Made by a program: the position numbers and the translations under genes
Shown: piece after piece, positions 57,009 through 64,000 of the stretch
Position numbering within the stretch: position 1 is the stretch's first letter
How the letters are laid out: each line of letters opens with the position of its first letter
Sequence record: PZ534534.1
Source of the DNA: a phage
Direction: 5' to 3' (one strand)
Length of the DNA: 64,000 nt
The notes under the pieces: generated by a model
Told to the model about the DNA's origin: nothing
Databases searched by the model: none
Seen by the model: only the letters and a program-made list of their open reading frames with translations

Positions 57009-57320
57009 CTATACCCATGAGGGCTTATCAAGGTTGGAGTAGCTGAAAGGTGTCAAAAGGTGACTGTCAAAATCTCTCAAACTATCCAAATCTTTTTCCT
57101 CGTCCTGACACCATCTGTGCCTACATTTATTGTTGTAGTGCATAGAATGCATAGCGTTCTGCAACTTAACAGGCACAAGTGATTCAGGAGTAGATAGTAT
57201 TGTTGGGTATGCCAGAACCACCTCAAACAGTGGAAACACATCGAAACTAAAGTCTACCTCTGCAGAGGTTGATGGCATGTAAGAGTATTTAGCCGCCTTT
57301 GTAGACATAATCCACCTCAC
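57009..57320 (-). CDS. hypothetical protein (103 aa)
   Basis: ORF overlapping upstream gene by 4 nt. Confidence 0.5.
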   Translation of the reverse strand: MRWIMSTKAAKYSYMPSTSAEVDFSFDVFPLFEVVLAYPTILSTPESLVPVKLQNAMHSMHYNNKCRHRWCQDEEKDLDSLRDFDSHLLTPFSYSNLDKPSWV

Positions 57321-57643
57321 ACAGGTTTGATAATACCTTTACCGAATAACTCTTCGTATCTAATCTTATCCGGATCCCACTCCTGGATAATTTCGAAGAC
57401 AATATCCAACCCTGGGATAATCACTTCTCCAGTGTCGAGCTTAGCAAGAACAAAACCGGAGGGTTGAATGGTTTCCCAGTTGCGCCGATTGGAATAGAAG
57501 ACCTCGAAAATATCGCCGACCTTTATCTGTTGATCAAGATGTTCAAGATTCTCTTTCATATAGACGCAGCGGATTTTTCGTGCAGGCCATAGACCACCTG
57601 CATCACGTTCATTCAATTCTTTTACAGTGATAGGTATACCCAT
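57317..57643 (-). CDS. hypothetical protein (108 aa)
   Basis: ORF in array. Confidence 0.5.
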   Translation of the reverse strand: MGIPITVKELNERDAGGLWPARKIRCVYMKENLEHLDQQIKVGDIFEVFYSNRRNWETIQPSGFVLAKLDTGEVIIPGLDIVFEIIQEWDPDKIRYEELFGKGIIKPV

Positions 57644-57670
57644 CTCAAATCTCCTTCATAGATAGTAAAA

Positions 57671-57696
57671 AGAGGGGTCCAAGCCCCTCTTTTTGT
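57671..57696. terminator. bidirectional rho-independent terminator
   Basis: AGAGGGG-tccaag-CCCCTCT hairpin flanked by A-tract and T-tract; lies just 3' of minus-strand gene 57699..58004. Confidence 0.65.
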
Positions 57697-57698
57697 CA

Positions 57699-58004
57699 TT
57701 ATTCTACAGAGCGTTTGAACAGAATGTCTGCCTCGGACATGTGCTCAACCTCTTCTTCGATTTTAGCTCGACGTTTTTCAGCCTCATAGCGAATATCGAA
57801 CTCGGTAGCCACCAGAGATTTGATGAATTTAGGAGAATACAGGTGATCCTGCTTCTCAACGAGAATGATATCCTTGATGGCATCTTTCAGATCTTTAATC
57901 TGAAGTTGGAGTTCCACCAGTTCTTCGATTGTTTTGCGAAGGCGATCACGCTCTGCAGTGTCAGAAGGAAGAGAGGTGAACAGTTCAACTTTAGATTTAG
58001 CCAT
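57699..58004 (-). CDS. coiled-coil protein (101 aa)
   Basis: Glu/Lys/Leu-rich heptad-like sequence. Confidence 0.5.
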   Translation of the reverse strand: MAKSKVELFTSLPSDTAERDRLRKTIEELVELQLQIKDLKDAIKDIILVEKQDHLYSPKFIKSLVATEFDIRYEAEKRRAKIEEEVEHMSEADILFKRSVE

Positions 58005-58032
58005 AGTAAGAGTCTCCTTATGTTGTTTTAAA

Positions 58033-58284
58033 TTAACGTTCTACAAAAATACCGTTTAGTTCAATAACCAGGAATTTCTGGTCTTCACTGTCGTCTCGTG
58101 CCAGCACCTCACAGACGTATCGGTCATCTCCATCATCATCGCAGTCAAATACAAGACTGAGGACTTTATCATGATAAACCTTCGCCACTACCGCCTCGTA
58201 AGTATTGCCGATTGTGAATCCAAGATAATCTCCGATGCATTTGACAACAACATGGTCGCCAGCATTCAAGTCAATCTTCGTCAT
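58033..58284 (-). CDS. hypothetical protein (83 aa)
   Basis: ATG after AAGGAG RBS (track start 58350 upstream in same frame). Confidence 0.5.
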   Translation of the reverse strand: MTKIDLNAGDHVVVKCIGDYLGFTIGNTYEAVVAKVYHDKVLSLVFDCDDDGDDRYVCEVLARDDSEDQKFLVIELNGIFVER

Positions 58285-58439
58285 TACTGCGCTCCTTGGG
58301 TAATAATACTGTATGTAAAACTTTAACCAGAGATGTGAATAACGCCCCAAAACACACCGATAGCGCTAAAACAGACAAGGCCATCATTAAAGCTTCAGTA
58401 AAATCAGTCACTCCTCACCTCTTGTTAGTCACTATACTG

Positions 58440-58703
58440 TCATTTATCCTTGCCGTCAAGAACTTTTTTAAATCTTTCAGGGATATCGCCTGTTCTTAGA
58501 TAGCTCATGACCTCACAAGGTTCCCACTTGAATTTCTTACAAAGCAGGGCGGCTGAGATTGTTTCATTGCGAAAAGAAAGGATATTAATATCCCATTCTG
58601 AGAACCCCAACTTCCGAAGGGTAGCTACAGAAATCCTCACCGCAACCCAGCAGCAAAAACATGCAACAAACGCCACTGCTATAACCCACATCAGGATGTT
58701 CAT
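58440..58703 (-). CDS. membrane protein (87 aa)
   Basis: N-terminal TM MNILMWVIAVAFVACFCCWVAV. Confidence 0.5.
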   Translation of the reverse strand: MNILMWVIAVAFVACFCCWVAVRISVATLRKLGFSEWDINILSFRNETISAALLCKKFKWEPCEVMSYLRTGDIPERFKKVLDGKDK

Positions 58704-58792
58704 ACAAGCACCTCACTGAAATACAAGACACAGTGTTAAGGTTACTGACCAGCAAATAATTAGCAGGACCATTGCAACCTTGGCAAGATTTA

Positions 58793-59080
58793 TCATAGTG
58801 CCTCTAAGATTTCATATCCTTCAGGTCGAAATACAAGCCACTCCGTGGCTCCGTTTGGTCGATACGCTTTATACAGAACAACCTGATCTCGGCACATGCA
58901 CATGGCTACATAGTTTTCATCCACACCTGCAGCCTGCATTGCATCTTCTTCTCCGGCAACTGCTTTGCTTACAACTTCCTTGGTAGGCAGGTGTGCGATC
59001 AGCTCGTCACCATCATTAATTCCAAAATGACTGAGTTCTCCATTGGTATCTTTAATCTTAATCTTAACCAGATCTTTCAT
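58793..59080 (-). CDS. small acidic protein (95 aa)
   Basis: ORF in tandem array. Confidence 0.5.
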   Translation of the reverse strand: MKDLVKIKIKDTNGELSHFGINDGDELIAHLPTKEVVSKAVAGEEDAMQAAGVDENYVAMCMCRDQVVLYKAYRPNGATEWLVFRPEGYEILEAL

Positions 59081-59409
59081 TAGTCTTTCTCCAGGTTCAA
59101 AGGTCCTAAGATTTCATATGCTAGATTAGAAGTTACCAGAGGGTCTTCTGCATCTTTAGTATTGTACCACCCGTGAATAACCAGAGTCCCACTTTGTTTC
59201 ATATCCAACTGGAACTGTTCTGCAGTTTCCTCATCCATCTCTAAGATCTCCATGAGGTATTTGATGTTAGGAAGGTATGCAGCTGTTACAGTTCCCTCCA
59301 CCAAACCTTCGGGCCAACCTACATCCGGATGACAAGTAGGAACCAGATTAGTCAGCTTAATAGTGTACGCTTTTTCTGCACGAGCCTTCAGTAACGGGTC
59401 AATCTTCAT
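59080..59409 (-). CDS. small acidic protein (109 aa)
   Basis: ORF in tandem array; 1-nt overlaps. Confidence 0.5.
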   Translation of the reverse strand: MKIDPLLKARAEKAYTIKLTNLVPTCHPDVGWPEGLVEGTVTAAYLPNIKYLMEILEMDEETAEQFQLDMKQSGTLVIHGWYNTKDAEDPLVTSNLAYEILGPLNLEKD

Positions 59410-59759
59410 TATTCGTCCTCCTCTTCGGTGCCTGCTTCCAGTAATAAGTTAAGAATATCTTCTGCACAAGGTTCATAGAACTCTTGGCCTTCATTATCGA
59501 TGATTTTGTAGTCATCTCCACGAATAATCAGGGGATCACTCTCAAAATTATCGAGACCTTTAACAACGACAACACGATCGATTGCCATCATTGTAAGAAC
59601 TTTATCGACATCTTCCTCTGCTACACCATACTGCAGCAGAATGTCTTTGGTAGGAGGAACAGCATCCACCACAACGCCGTTACCAAAACCTTCTGGAAGT
59701 TTAGCTAAAATATCTTCCGGAACCACATTCACATCAAAACCGGTAATTTCTACTTTCAT
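59409..59759 (-). CDS. small acidic protein (116 aa), paralog family C
   Basis: MKVEITGFD... and acidic tail; resembles 59760 and 61184 genes. Confidence 0.5.
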   Translation of the reverse strand: MKVEITGFDVNVVPEDILAKLPEGFGNGVVVDAVPPTKDILLQYGVAEEDVDKVLTMMAIDRVVVVKGLDNFESDPLIIRGDDYKIIDNEGQEFYEPCAEDILNLLLEAGTEEEDE

Positions 59760-60020
59760 TTACAGCACCTCTTCGTCAACTACTTCATAAAAATGGCCTG
59801 GGATTGCAATAGCGTTCTCACCTTCACCTACAAACACAGTTCCGTCAAGAATCAACATCATAAGAATTTCTGTAATATCCTCTTCCGGAACGTTGCCAAA
59901 ACCTTTAATCAGCTCGTAGGTTGGAATATTTACCTCTAAGATGTCACCATCTTTAGAACGGAAATCAACACCGTCCTGAATCTCTGCCGTTTCAAGGTTT
60001 TTCAATTTAATCTTCATCAA
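59760..60020 (-). CDS. small acidic protein (86 aa), paralog family C
   Basis: MMKIKLKNL...GEGENAIAIPGHFYEVVDEEVL parallels 61184 gene ending ...GNGEELIVTPDVYEIVEE. Confidence 0.5.
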   Translation of the reverse strand: MMKIKLKNLETAEIQDGVDFRSKDGDILEVNIPTYELIKGFGNVPEEDITEILMMLILDGTVFVGEGENAIAIPGHFYEVVDEEVL

Positions 60021-60096
60021 TCGGTCTCCTGTCTTGTTAAGATGAAGGTATTATTTCACACAGGGTTGGCGTTGTCAACACCTGTGTGCAAGAAAA

Positions 60097-60492
60097 TTAC
60101 TGAAACAGTGCGGATAAATTACCTTCTGGTGGGAACTTATCTGCCAAAAACGGTGTTAGCACAGTAGCCTTCTGAAGATCTGGGGTCCACTCGTTGTTCA
60201 GAACATCCCAGTAGTACGCAATGTTGCTGTGTGGGTGCCGCATTACGAACTTTTTCCCTTCGTAGTCATCTGAAACCTCTACAGAAGAAATAACAACAGA
60301 ATCTTCAAGGGTTTCTTCATAGAAAGATCCGCCTTCAAATTTCCAACGAGATGCAAGAGCCCCTGCCTTGAACGCTGCAGATAACGGACTGTCGGCAAGA
60401 ACATACATTTCTTGCACTCTGTCGCTGCGATCTTTGCTTCTTACGTTGTATACAGTATCTGAGCTATACTCAACACGGTATAGGCTTACCAT
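60097..60492 (-). CDS. hypothetical protein (131 aa), paralog family B
   Basis: Shares ...HPHSNIAYYWDVLNNEWTPD... with 62304 gene (...HPDSRVKHYWNARTKTWTPF...). Confidence 0.55.
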   Translation of the reverse strand: MVSLYRVEYSSDTVYNVRSKDRSDRVQEMYVLADSPLSAAFKAGALASRWKFEGGSFYEETLEDSVVISSVEVSDDYEGKKFVMRHPHSNIAYYWDVLNNEWTPDLQKATVLTPFLADKFPPEGNLSALFQ

Positions 60493-60824
60493 TACCGCAC
60501 CTCCTCAATAACTTCCACATCTGAACCTACCACAAATGCAAAAGGACAGGTTTCATGAAAGACATCCGGATCGCCGCCAAGCTTGCTAACAATCTCTCCA
60601 CCACTAATAAACACAAGCTCACCGATATTCATCAGATTGCTGAAATAGTACCCATAATGATTAAAGAATGCAGCAGGGTCAGGTAGACTAGTAGCCTCAA
60701 GCACTACATCAGTTGAGGTTACTTTCTTATCATAACCTCTCGCCTTTTGAGATGCAAGATCTGCAGAATCCTCAGGCGACCGGAGATGCACAGGAATTGT
60801 TTCACCAATAAAGCGTACTTTCAT
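60492..60824 (-). CDS. hypothetical protein (110 aa), paralog family A
   Basis: ATG chosen (MKVRFIGE...) by analogy to paralogs; shares ...ISGGEIV...VVGSDVEVIEEV with 62704 and 62948 genes. Confidence 0.5.
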   Translation of the reverse strand: MKVRFIGETIPVHLRSPEDSADLASQKARGYDKKVTSTDVVLEATSLPDPAAFFNHYGYYFSNLMNIGELVFISGGEIVSKLGGDPDVFHETCPFAFVVGSDVEVIEEVR

Positions 60825-60828
60825 ATTA

Positions 60829-61092
60829 TCACCCAACAACCATAGCTTCAAAAGGGGTCATGAACGAATAAACGGCATCATCATCTGCTTCAGGGAATGC
60901 TCCCAAAGACTTCATGTCTGAGCCCTTGACAAATACAAGGTTTTGATCAAAAGCTTCTTGAGGATCAATCCGATACATATTCCGTAGAATATCGCCTACC
61001 TCCTCATCAAGAGGTGAGTATGCTGTGCACGTTTTTCCGATCAAGCTTTGAGAATCAGGGTATCCACCTGAAGTTTTAAAATAAACAATCAT
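60829..61092 (-). CDS. hypothetical protein (87 aa)
   Basis: ORF in tandem array. Confidence 0.5.
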   Translation of the reverse strand: MIVYFKTSGGYPDSQSLIGKTCTAYSPLDEEVGDILRNMYRIDPQEAFDQNLVFVKGSDMKSLGAFPEADDDAVYSFMTPFEAMVVG

Positions 61093-61183
61093 ATAGTATC
61101 ACCTCTGGTAAGAGATTGGGATTCCTTTCCCACAAATAATTACAAACCTTCCTTATCGAGGAAGTATGCTAATCCAAGCAGGA

Positions 61184-61453
61184 TTATTCCTCTACAATCT
61201 CATACACATCCGGAGTTACAATCAACTCTTCTCCGTTACCCGGTGCAACAAACACCACCAGACCTTCAGGTGTGTGCTTTTTAGCCATCTCGATGACATC
61301 TTCTCGCAGAGCTGGCTCCATCAGATCAAAACCTTCACCCAAGGCATCACGAACCACCTTCATGTAGTCCACTGGTTGTGCTTCAACAATCATGCCTTCA
61401 ACCAGTCCACAGTTTTTGTCTGCCAGCTCAGTTTTGAATAATTTAATTTTCAT
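61184..61453 (-). CDS. small acidic protein (89 aa), paralog family C
   Basis: MKIKLFKTEL...YEIVEE. Confidence 0.5.
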   Translation of the reverse strand: MKIKLFKTELADKNCGLVEGMIVEAQPVDYMKVVRDALGEGFDLMEPALREDVIEMAKKHTPEGLVVFVAPGNGEELIVTPDVYEIVEE

Positions 61454-61590
61454 TTAGAGGTCTCCTCAATTATTTGATATCAATAGCCGTAACCTAACAC
61501 ATTAACTACAACTGCGATTGCAAACATAATTTCAAAGCATGCAATCTCTACACTTGGGACTAATTTCTTAATCACGCCCATTGTAGCACC

Positions 61591-61908
61591 TCATTCTCCA
61601 AAGTCAATCTTTACTTTTCCTTTCCCTTTACCTTTCTTTCCACCACATTTAGCCAGCTGACGTGCTGCAACATCTACCATACGGTCAGTTGCCTCGTAAG
61701 CATCACTGCCTTTAGCTTTGGCAATAACTTCTTTTCCAGAAGTGTCAAAAATGAACGCCATAACTTCCTGGTGATCATTTTCAACTTTTACACTTACACG
61801 TGCATGATTTACAGAAGGATGTAGACGCTCCAGTTTTGACATTTTGTGGGAAATGAAAGACACCATACCTTCGGTGATTTCTACGTTGCCAGTGATCTCA
61901 ATTTGCAT
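61591..61908 (-). CDS. hpf: ribosome hibernation promoting factor / RaiA (YfiA) family homologue
   Basis: MQIEITGNVEITEGM...KLERL...VSVKVEN...AKAKGSDAYEATDRMVDVAARQLAK parallels E. coli HPF (MQLNITGNNVEITEAL...KLEQY...VVLKVEK...AEGQDMYAAIDGLIDKLARQLTK) along full length; Lys/Gly tail. Recalled alignment, not computed. Confidence 0.7.
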   Translation of the reverse strand: MQIEITGNVEITEGMVSFISHKMSKLERLHPSVNHARVSVKVENDHQEVMAFIFDTSGKEVIAKAKGSDAYEATDRMVDVAARQLAKCGGKKGKGKGKVKIDFGE

Positions 61909-61995
61909 AACGTGCTCCTCTCAAGGAAGGGAGAATAACAACCATCTCTCTTTGAAAACAATAATACTATAGCTGAAGCGTTGTGTCAACAGTTT

Positions 61996-62286
61996 TTACA
62001 GCTTGTTGTCGATAGTATCTAAAATATCTACAGCAAGATCTGCCATTTTTCGAACATACTCTGCAAACTCAACAGGATCCTTGATCAAAGAATTCACAGG
62101 GTCGTACCCTAGAGCGTTCAAAATGGCTGCAGCATCTACAACCTTTTCATCATTTGCAAAGATCTCTCCGTCAAACTTATAGGTCCATTTTGAGTCAATC
62201 TTGGCAGGGCATGGTTGGTACATGCTTGTTACACCATCGTCTTTAACCTCTCCTGCGTTATCAATATTCAGAACTAAATCCATCAT
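61996..62286 (-). CDS. hypothetical protein (96 aa)
   Basis: ORF in tandem array. Confidence 0.5.
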   Translation of the reverse strand: MMDLVLNIDNAGEVKDDGVTSMYQPCPAKIDSKWTYKFDGEIFANDEKVVDAAAILNALGYDPVNSLIKDPVEFAEYVRKMADLAVDILDTIDNKL

Positions 62287-62303
62287 AGTGGCACCTCACT
62301 GTT

Positions 62304-62702
62304 TCAGTTTAGCTTTTCTTCAACAACCCCATAGCTCGGGGCAGAGTCAAGAGCTTTTTGGTTTAAAAGTGGTGTAGCAGAATCTGCAAACGGTGTCCAA
62401 GTTTTTGTTCTGGCATTCCAGTAATGCTTCACTCTGGAATCTGGATGCACTATAACAAAAACTTTTTCACTTGTCAACACATTAATTTCTTCTGCACCTT
62501 TGCTGATAATTTCTCCGTCATAGCCACCAGTCTGGTACCCTTCGTACCATGTTCTTGCATAGGCATAGCCAGCCTGCCAGCATGCAGCCTCCTCCGAGGT
62601 GGAGACTACGTAGAAGTCTTTCTCAAATTCTGGAATACGTCCTTGCTTTACGCTCCAAGCTCCGCGAATTTTCATTGTTACTTTGAAAAGCTTGTTCTTC
62701 AT
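62304..62702 (-). CDS. hypothetical protein (132 aa), paralog family B
   Basis: See 60097 gene. Confidence 0.55.
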   Translation of the reverse strand: MKNKLFKVTMKIRGAWSVKQGRIPEFEKDFYVVSTSEEAACWQAGYAYARTWYEGYQTGGYDGEIISKGAEEINVLTSEKVFVIVHPDSRVKHYWNARTKTWTPFADSATPLLNQKALDSAPSYGVVEEKLN

Positions 62703-62703
62703 A

Positions 62704-62958
62704 CTACCGCTCTACAATCTCTACATCTGTTCCTACACCGAAGGCATAGTAATGTTCTTCCTCAAAGTAATACTTGGGGACACCAGCTTTGATCAGATCT
62801 GACCCGCGAATAAATACCACACAGTGTGATACAGTGGAATGCTTCTGACGCACAGGATCGTTGTCAGGCAACCATTCGAAGTATGCCGCAGGTACGACCT
62901 TTCCTTTCAGGAAGGATTGTCCCAAGTAGACGTTAGAGTCAAGAATTTTAACCTTCAT
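62704..62958 (-). CDS. hypothetical protein (84 aa), paralog family A
   Basis: MKVKILDSNVYLGQ...IRGSDLIKAG...GTDVEIVER. Confidence 0.55.
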   Translation of the reverse strand: MKVKILDSNVYLGQSFLKGKVVPAAYFEWLPDNDPVRQKHSTVSHCVVFIRGSDLIKAGVPKYYFEEEHYYAFGVGTDVEIVER

Positions 62959-63175
62959 GATCGTCCTCCACTATCTCCACATCCTCTCCTAGGGCAAAGT
63001 TGTAGGTCCACTGACTGTCAAAGCATTCCTGAGATGCGCCAGCGGCAATAAGAGCTGACCCTTTTATTTTTAAAAGGTCAGGGTAATCTTTATTAGGAAC
63101 AGCGGTAAACACTTTTCCAACCAAAGGCTCTTGACCAATATAGAAGCTTGAATCTAAAACTTTAACTTTCATCAA
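62948..63175 (-). CDS. hypothetical protein (75 aa), paralog family A
   Basis: MMKVKVLDSSFYIGQ...IKGSALIAAG...GEDVEIVEDD. Confidence 0.55.
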   Translation of the reverse strand: MMKVKVLDSSFYIGQEPLVGKVFTAVPNKDYPDLLKIKGSALIAAGASQECFDSQWTYNFALGEDVEIVEDDHEG

Positions 63176-63459
63176 CGGTCTCCATCAGGTGGTTGTGGGA
63201 CGTAAACACTGTTACGAATATCGTCCGCAGTATAGTAATAAGTGTCTCCAACCCTATCTCTGGCTGCAATGTACTCTGCTATACCAATAAGTGCCATTGA
63301 TTTGGTGGCGTATCTTCCCAACTCGTTAGCTCCCCAGTAGAATTTAGACCAATAGGGAATAAGACCGAACAAATATACCTTTTGACGAACTTCCCAGTAA
63401 GTGCCTTTCCCGACAAGTTTAAACTCAACTTCACCACTGTTAACCTTTTTCATTATCAA
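63172..63459 (-). CDS. hypothetical protein (95 aa)
   Basis: ORF in tandem array. Confidence 0.5.
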   Translation of the reverse strand: MIMKKVNSGEVEFKLVGKGTYWEVRQKVYLFGLIPYWSKFYWGANELGRYATKSMALIGIAEYIAARDRVGDTYYYTADDIRNSVYVPQPPDGDR

Positions 63460-63752
63460 TCTCCCTCCACCGTGGTTGGATTGTCAGTAAGAAATTGAGC
63501 ATTGGCTGGAGGAACGCCTGACATTTTCCACACAACCATAAGTTTGTAACCAGGCACTCTATTAAGTGCAGATCGAGTAGAGTTTGTGCACGTATACTTT
63601 CTCTTTCCAAACCCGTTCTCCATCATAATCCAGTACCCAGTATCTTTGTCACCAGGTATTGGTAGACCACATTCATCAACCCACTGAATGGACCACGGCA
63701 CGATGGCTACAGCTTTATATTTAAACTTTTTAAACCACTCAAAAAGTTTCAT
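63456..63752 (-). CDS. hypothetical protein (98 aa)
   Basis: ORF in tandem array. Confidence 0.5.
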   Translation of the reverse strand: MKLFEWFKKFKYKAVAIVPWSIQWVDECGLPIPGDKDTGYWIMMENGFGKRKYTCTNSTRSALNRVPGYKLMVVWKMSGVPPANAQFLTDNPTTVEGD

Positions 63753-63755
63753 AAT

Positions 63756-63845
63756 TCAGCCTCGCATAGACATAATCACTATAAACAGGCAAACAATGAA
63801 TCCGAATGCCACGCCACCCATAAACGTTAATATTGATGCAATCAT
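63756..63845 (-). CDS. small hydrophobic peptide (29 aa), absent from ORF track
   Basis: ATG overlaps stop of upstream partial gene (TGACTATGA); MIASILTFMGGVAFGFIVCLFIVIM hydrophobic; translated by hand. Confidence 0.3.
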   Translation of the reverse strand: MIASILTFMGGVAFGFIVCLFIVIMSMRG

Positions 63846-63847
63846 AG

Positions 63848-64000
63848 TCAATCAGCCTCGCTTGGCAACTCTTCTACCTTAACATGCCGAAAAGTGTTAC
63901 CGTAATGGTTGATCCATGACATCAGCTCGCTTTCTTGCTCTTCCTCTGGGATGAACTCTCGAATGCTGACAAGTTTTAAGAAAACCCAATCACAATCTGC
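63848..64000 (-). CDS. hypothetical protein, C-terminal fragment (5' end beyond window)
   Basis: Minus-strand frame open from window edge to TGA at 63848-63850. Confidence 0.35.
   Translation of the reverse strand, partial: ADCDWVFLKLVSIREFIPEEEQESELMSWINHYGNTFRHVKVEELPSEAD

Noticed and set aside
63688-63882. 64-aa plus-strand ORF at window end
   Set aside because: Antisense to minus-strand gene array (overlaps 63456..63752 and the small peptide ORF); no RBS.
1-64000. Prophage or integrative element (integrase, att sites) and tRNA genes
   Set aside because: No tyrosine or serine recombinase motifs in any ORF, no host-like flanking genes, and no cloverleaf-compatible tRNA sequence (no GTTCGAATC-type T-loop in non-coding DNA) was found by eye; a tRNA scan was not run.

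Overview
This 64-kb window reads as part of a large virulent tailed-phage (Caudoviricetes) genome; no integrase, rRNA, tRNA or CRISPR array was recognised. All calls are from reading the sequence and translated ORFs by eye; no database search, HMM or RNA-folding program was run. Layout: (1) 1-7.9 kb, + strand: late structural genes, a 581-aa fibre-like protein and a 1875-aa fibre/adhesin with a C-terminal Ig-like domain, closed by a bidirectional terminator. (2) 8-14.7 kb, - strand: small genes, a HAD-type phosphatase, a vWA-metallopeptidase protein and an endonuclease-like protein. (3) 14.7-42.7 kb, + strand: replication and DNA-metabolism module with a MoxR-like ATPase, a secreted SleB-type cell-wall hydrolase, rIIA-like protein, Dda-like helicase, two DNA methyltransferases, primase-helicase, AP2-HNH endonuclease, a T7-like family-A DNA polymerase split inside motif C by a group I intron carrying an HNH endonuclease, an SSB-like protein and a macro-domain protein. 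(4) 42.7-43.6 kb: iteron-like repeats. (5) 43.6-53.7 kb, + strand: about 28 very small genes, most behind a near-consensus sigma70 promoter. (6) 53.7-56.1 kb: gene-free, heavily structured strand-switch region. (7) 56.1-64 kb, - strand: tandem small acidic genes in paralogous families, including a ribosome hibernation factor (HPF/RaiA) homologue.
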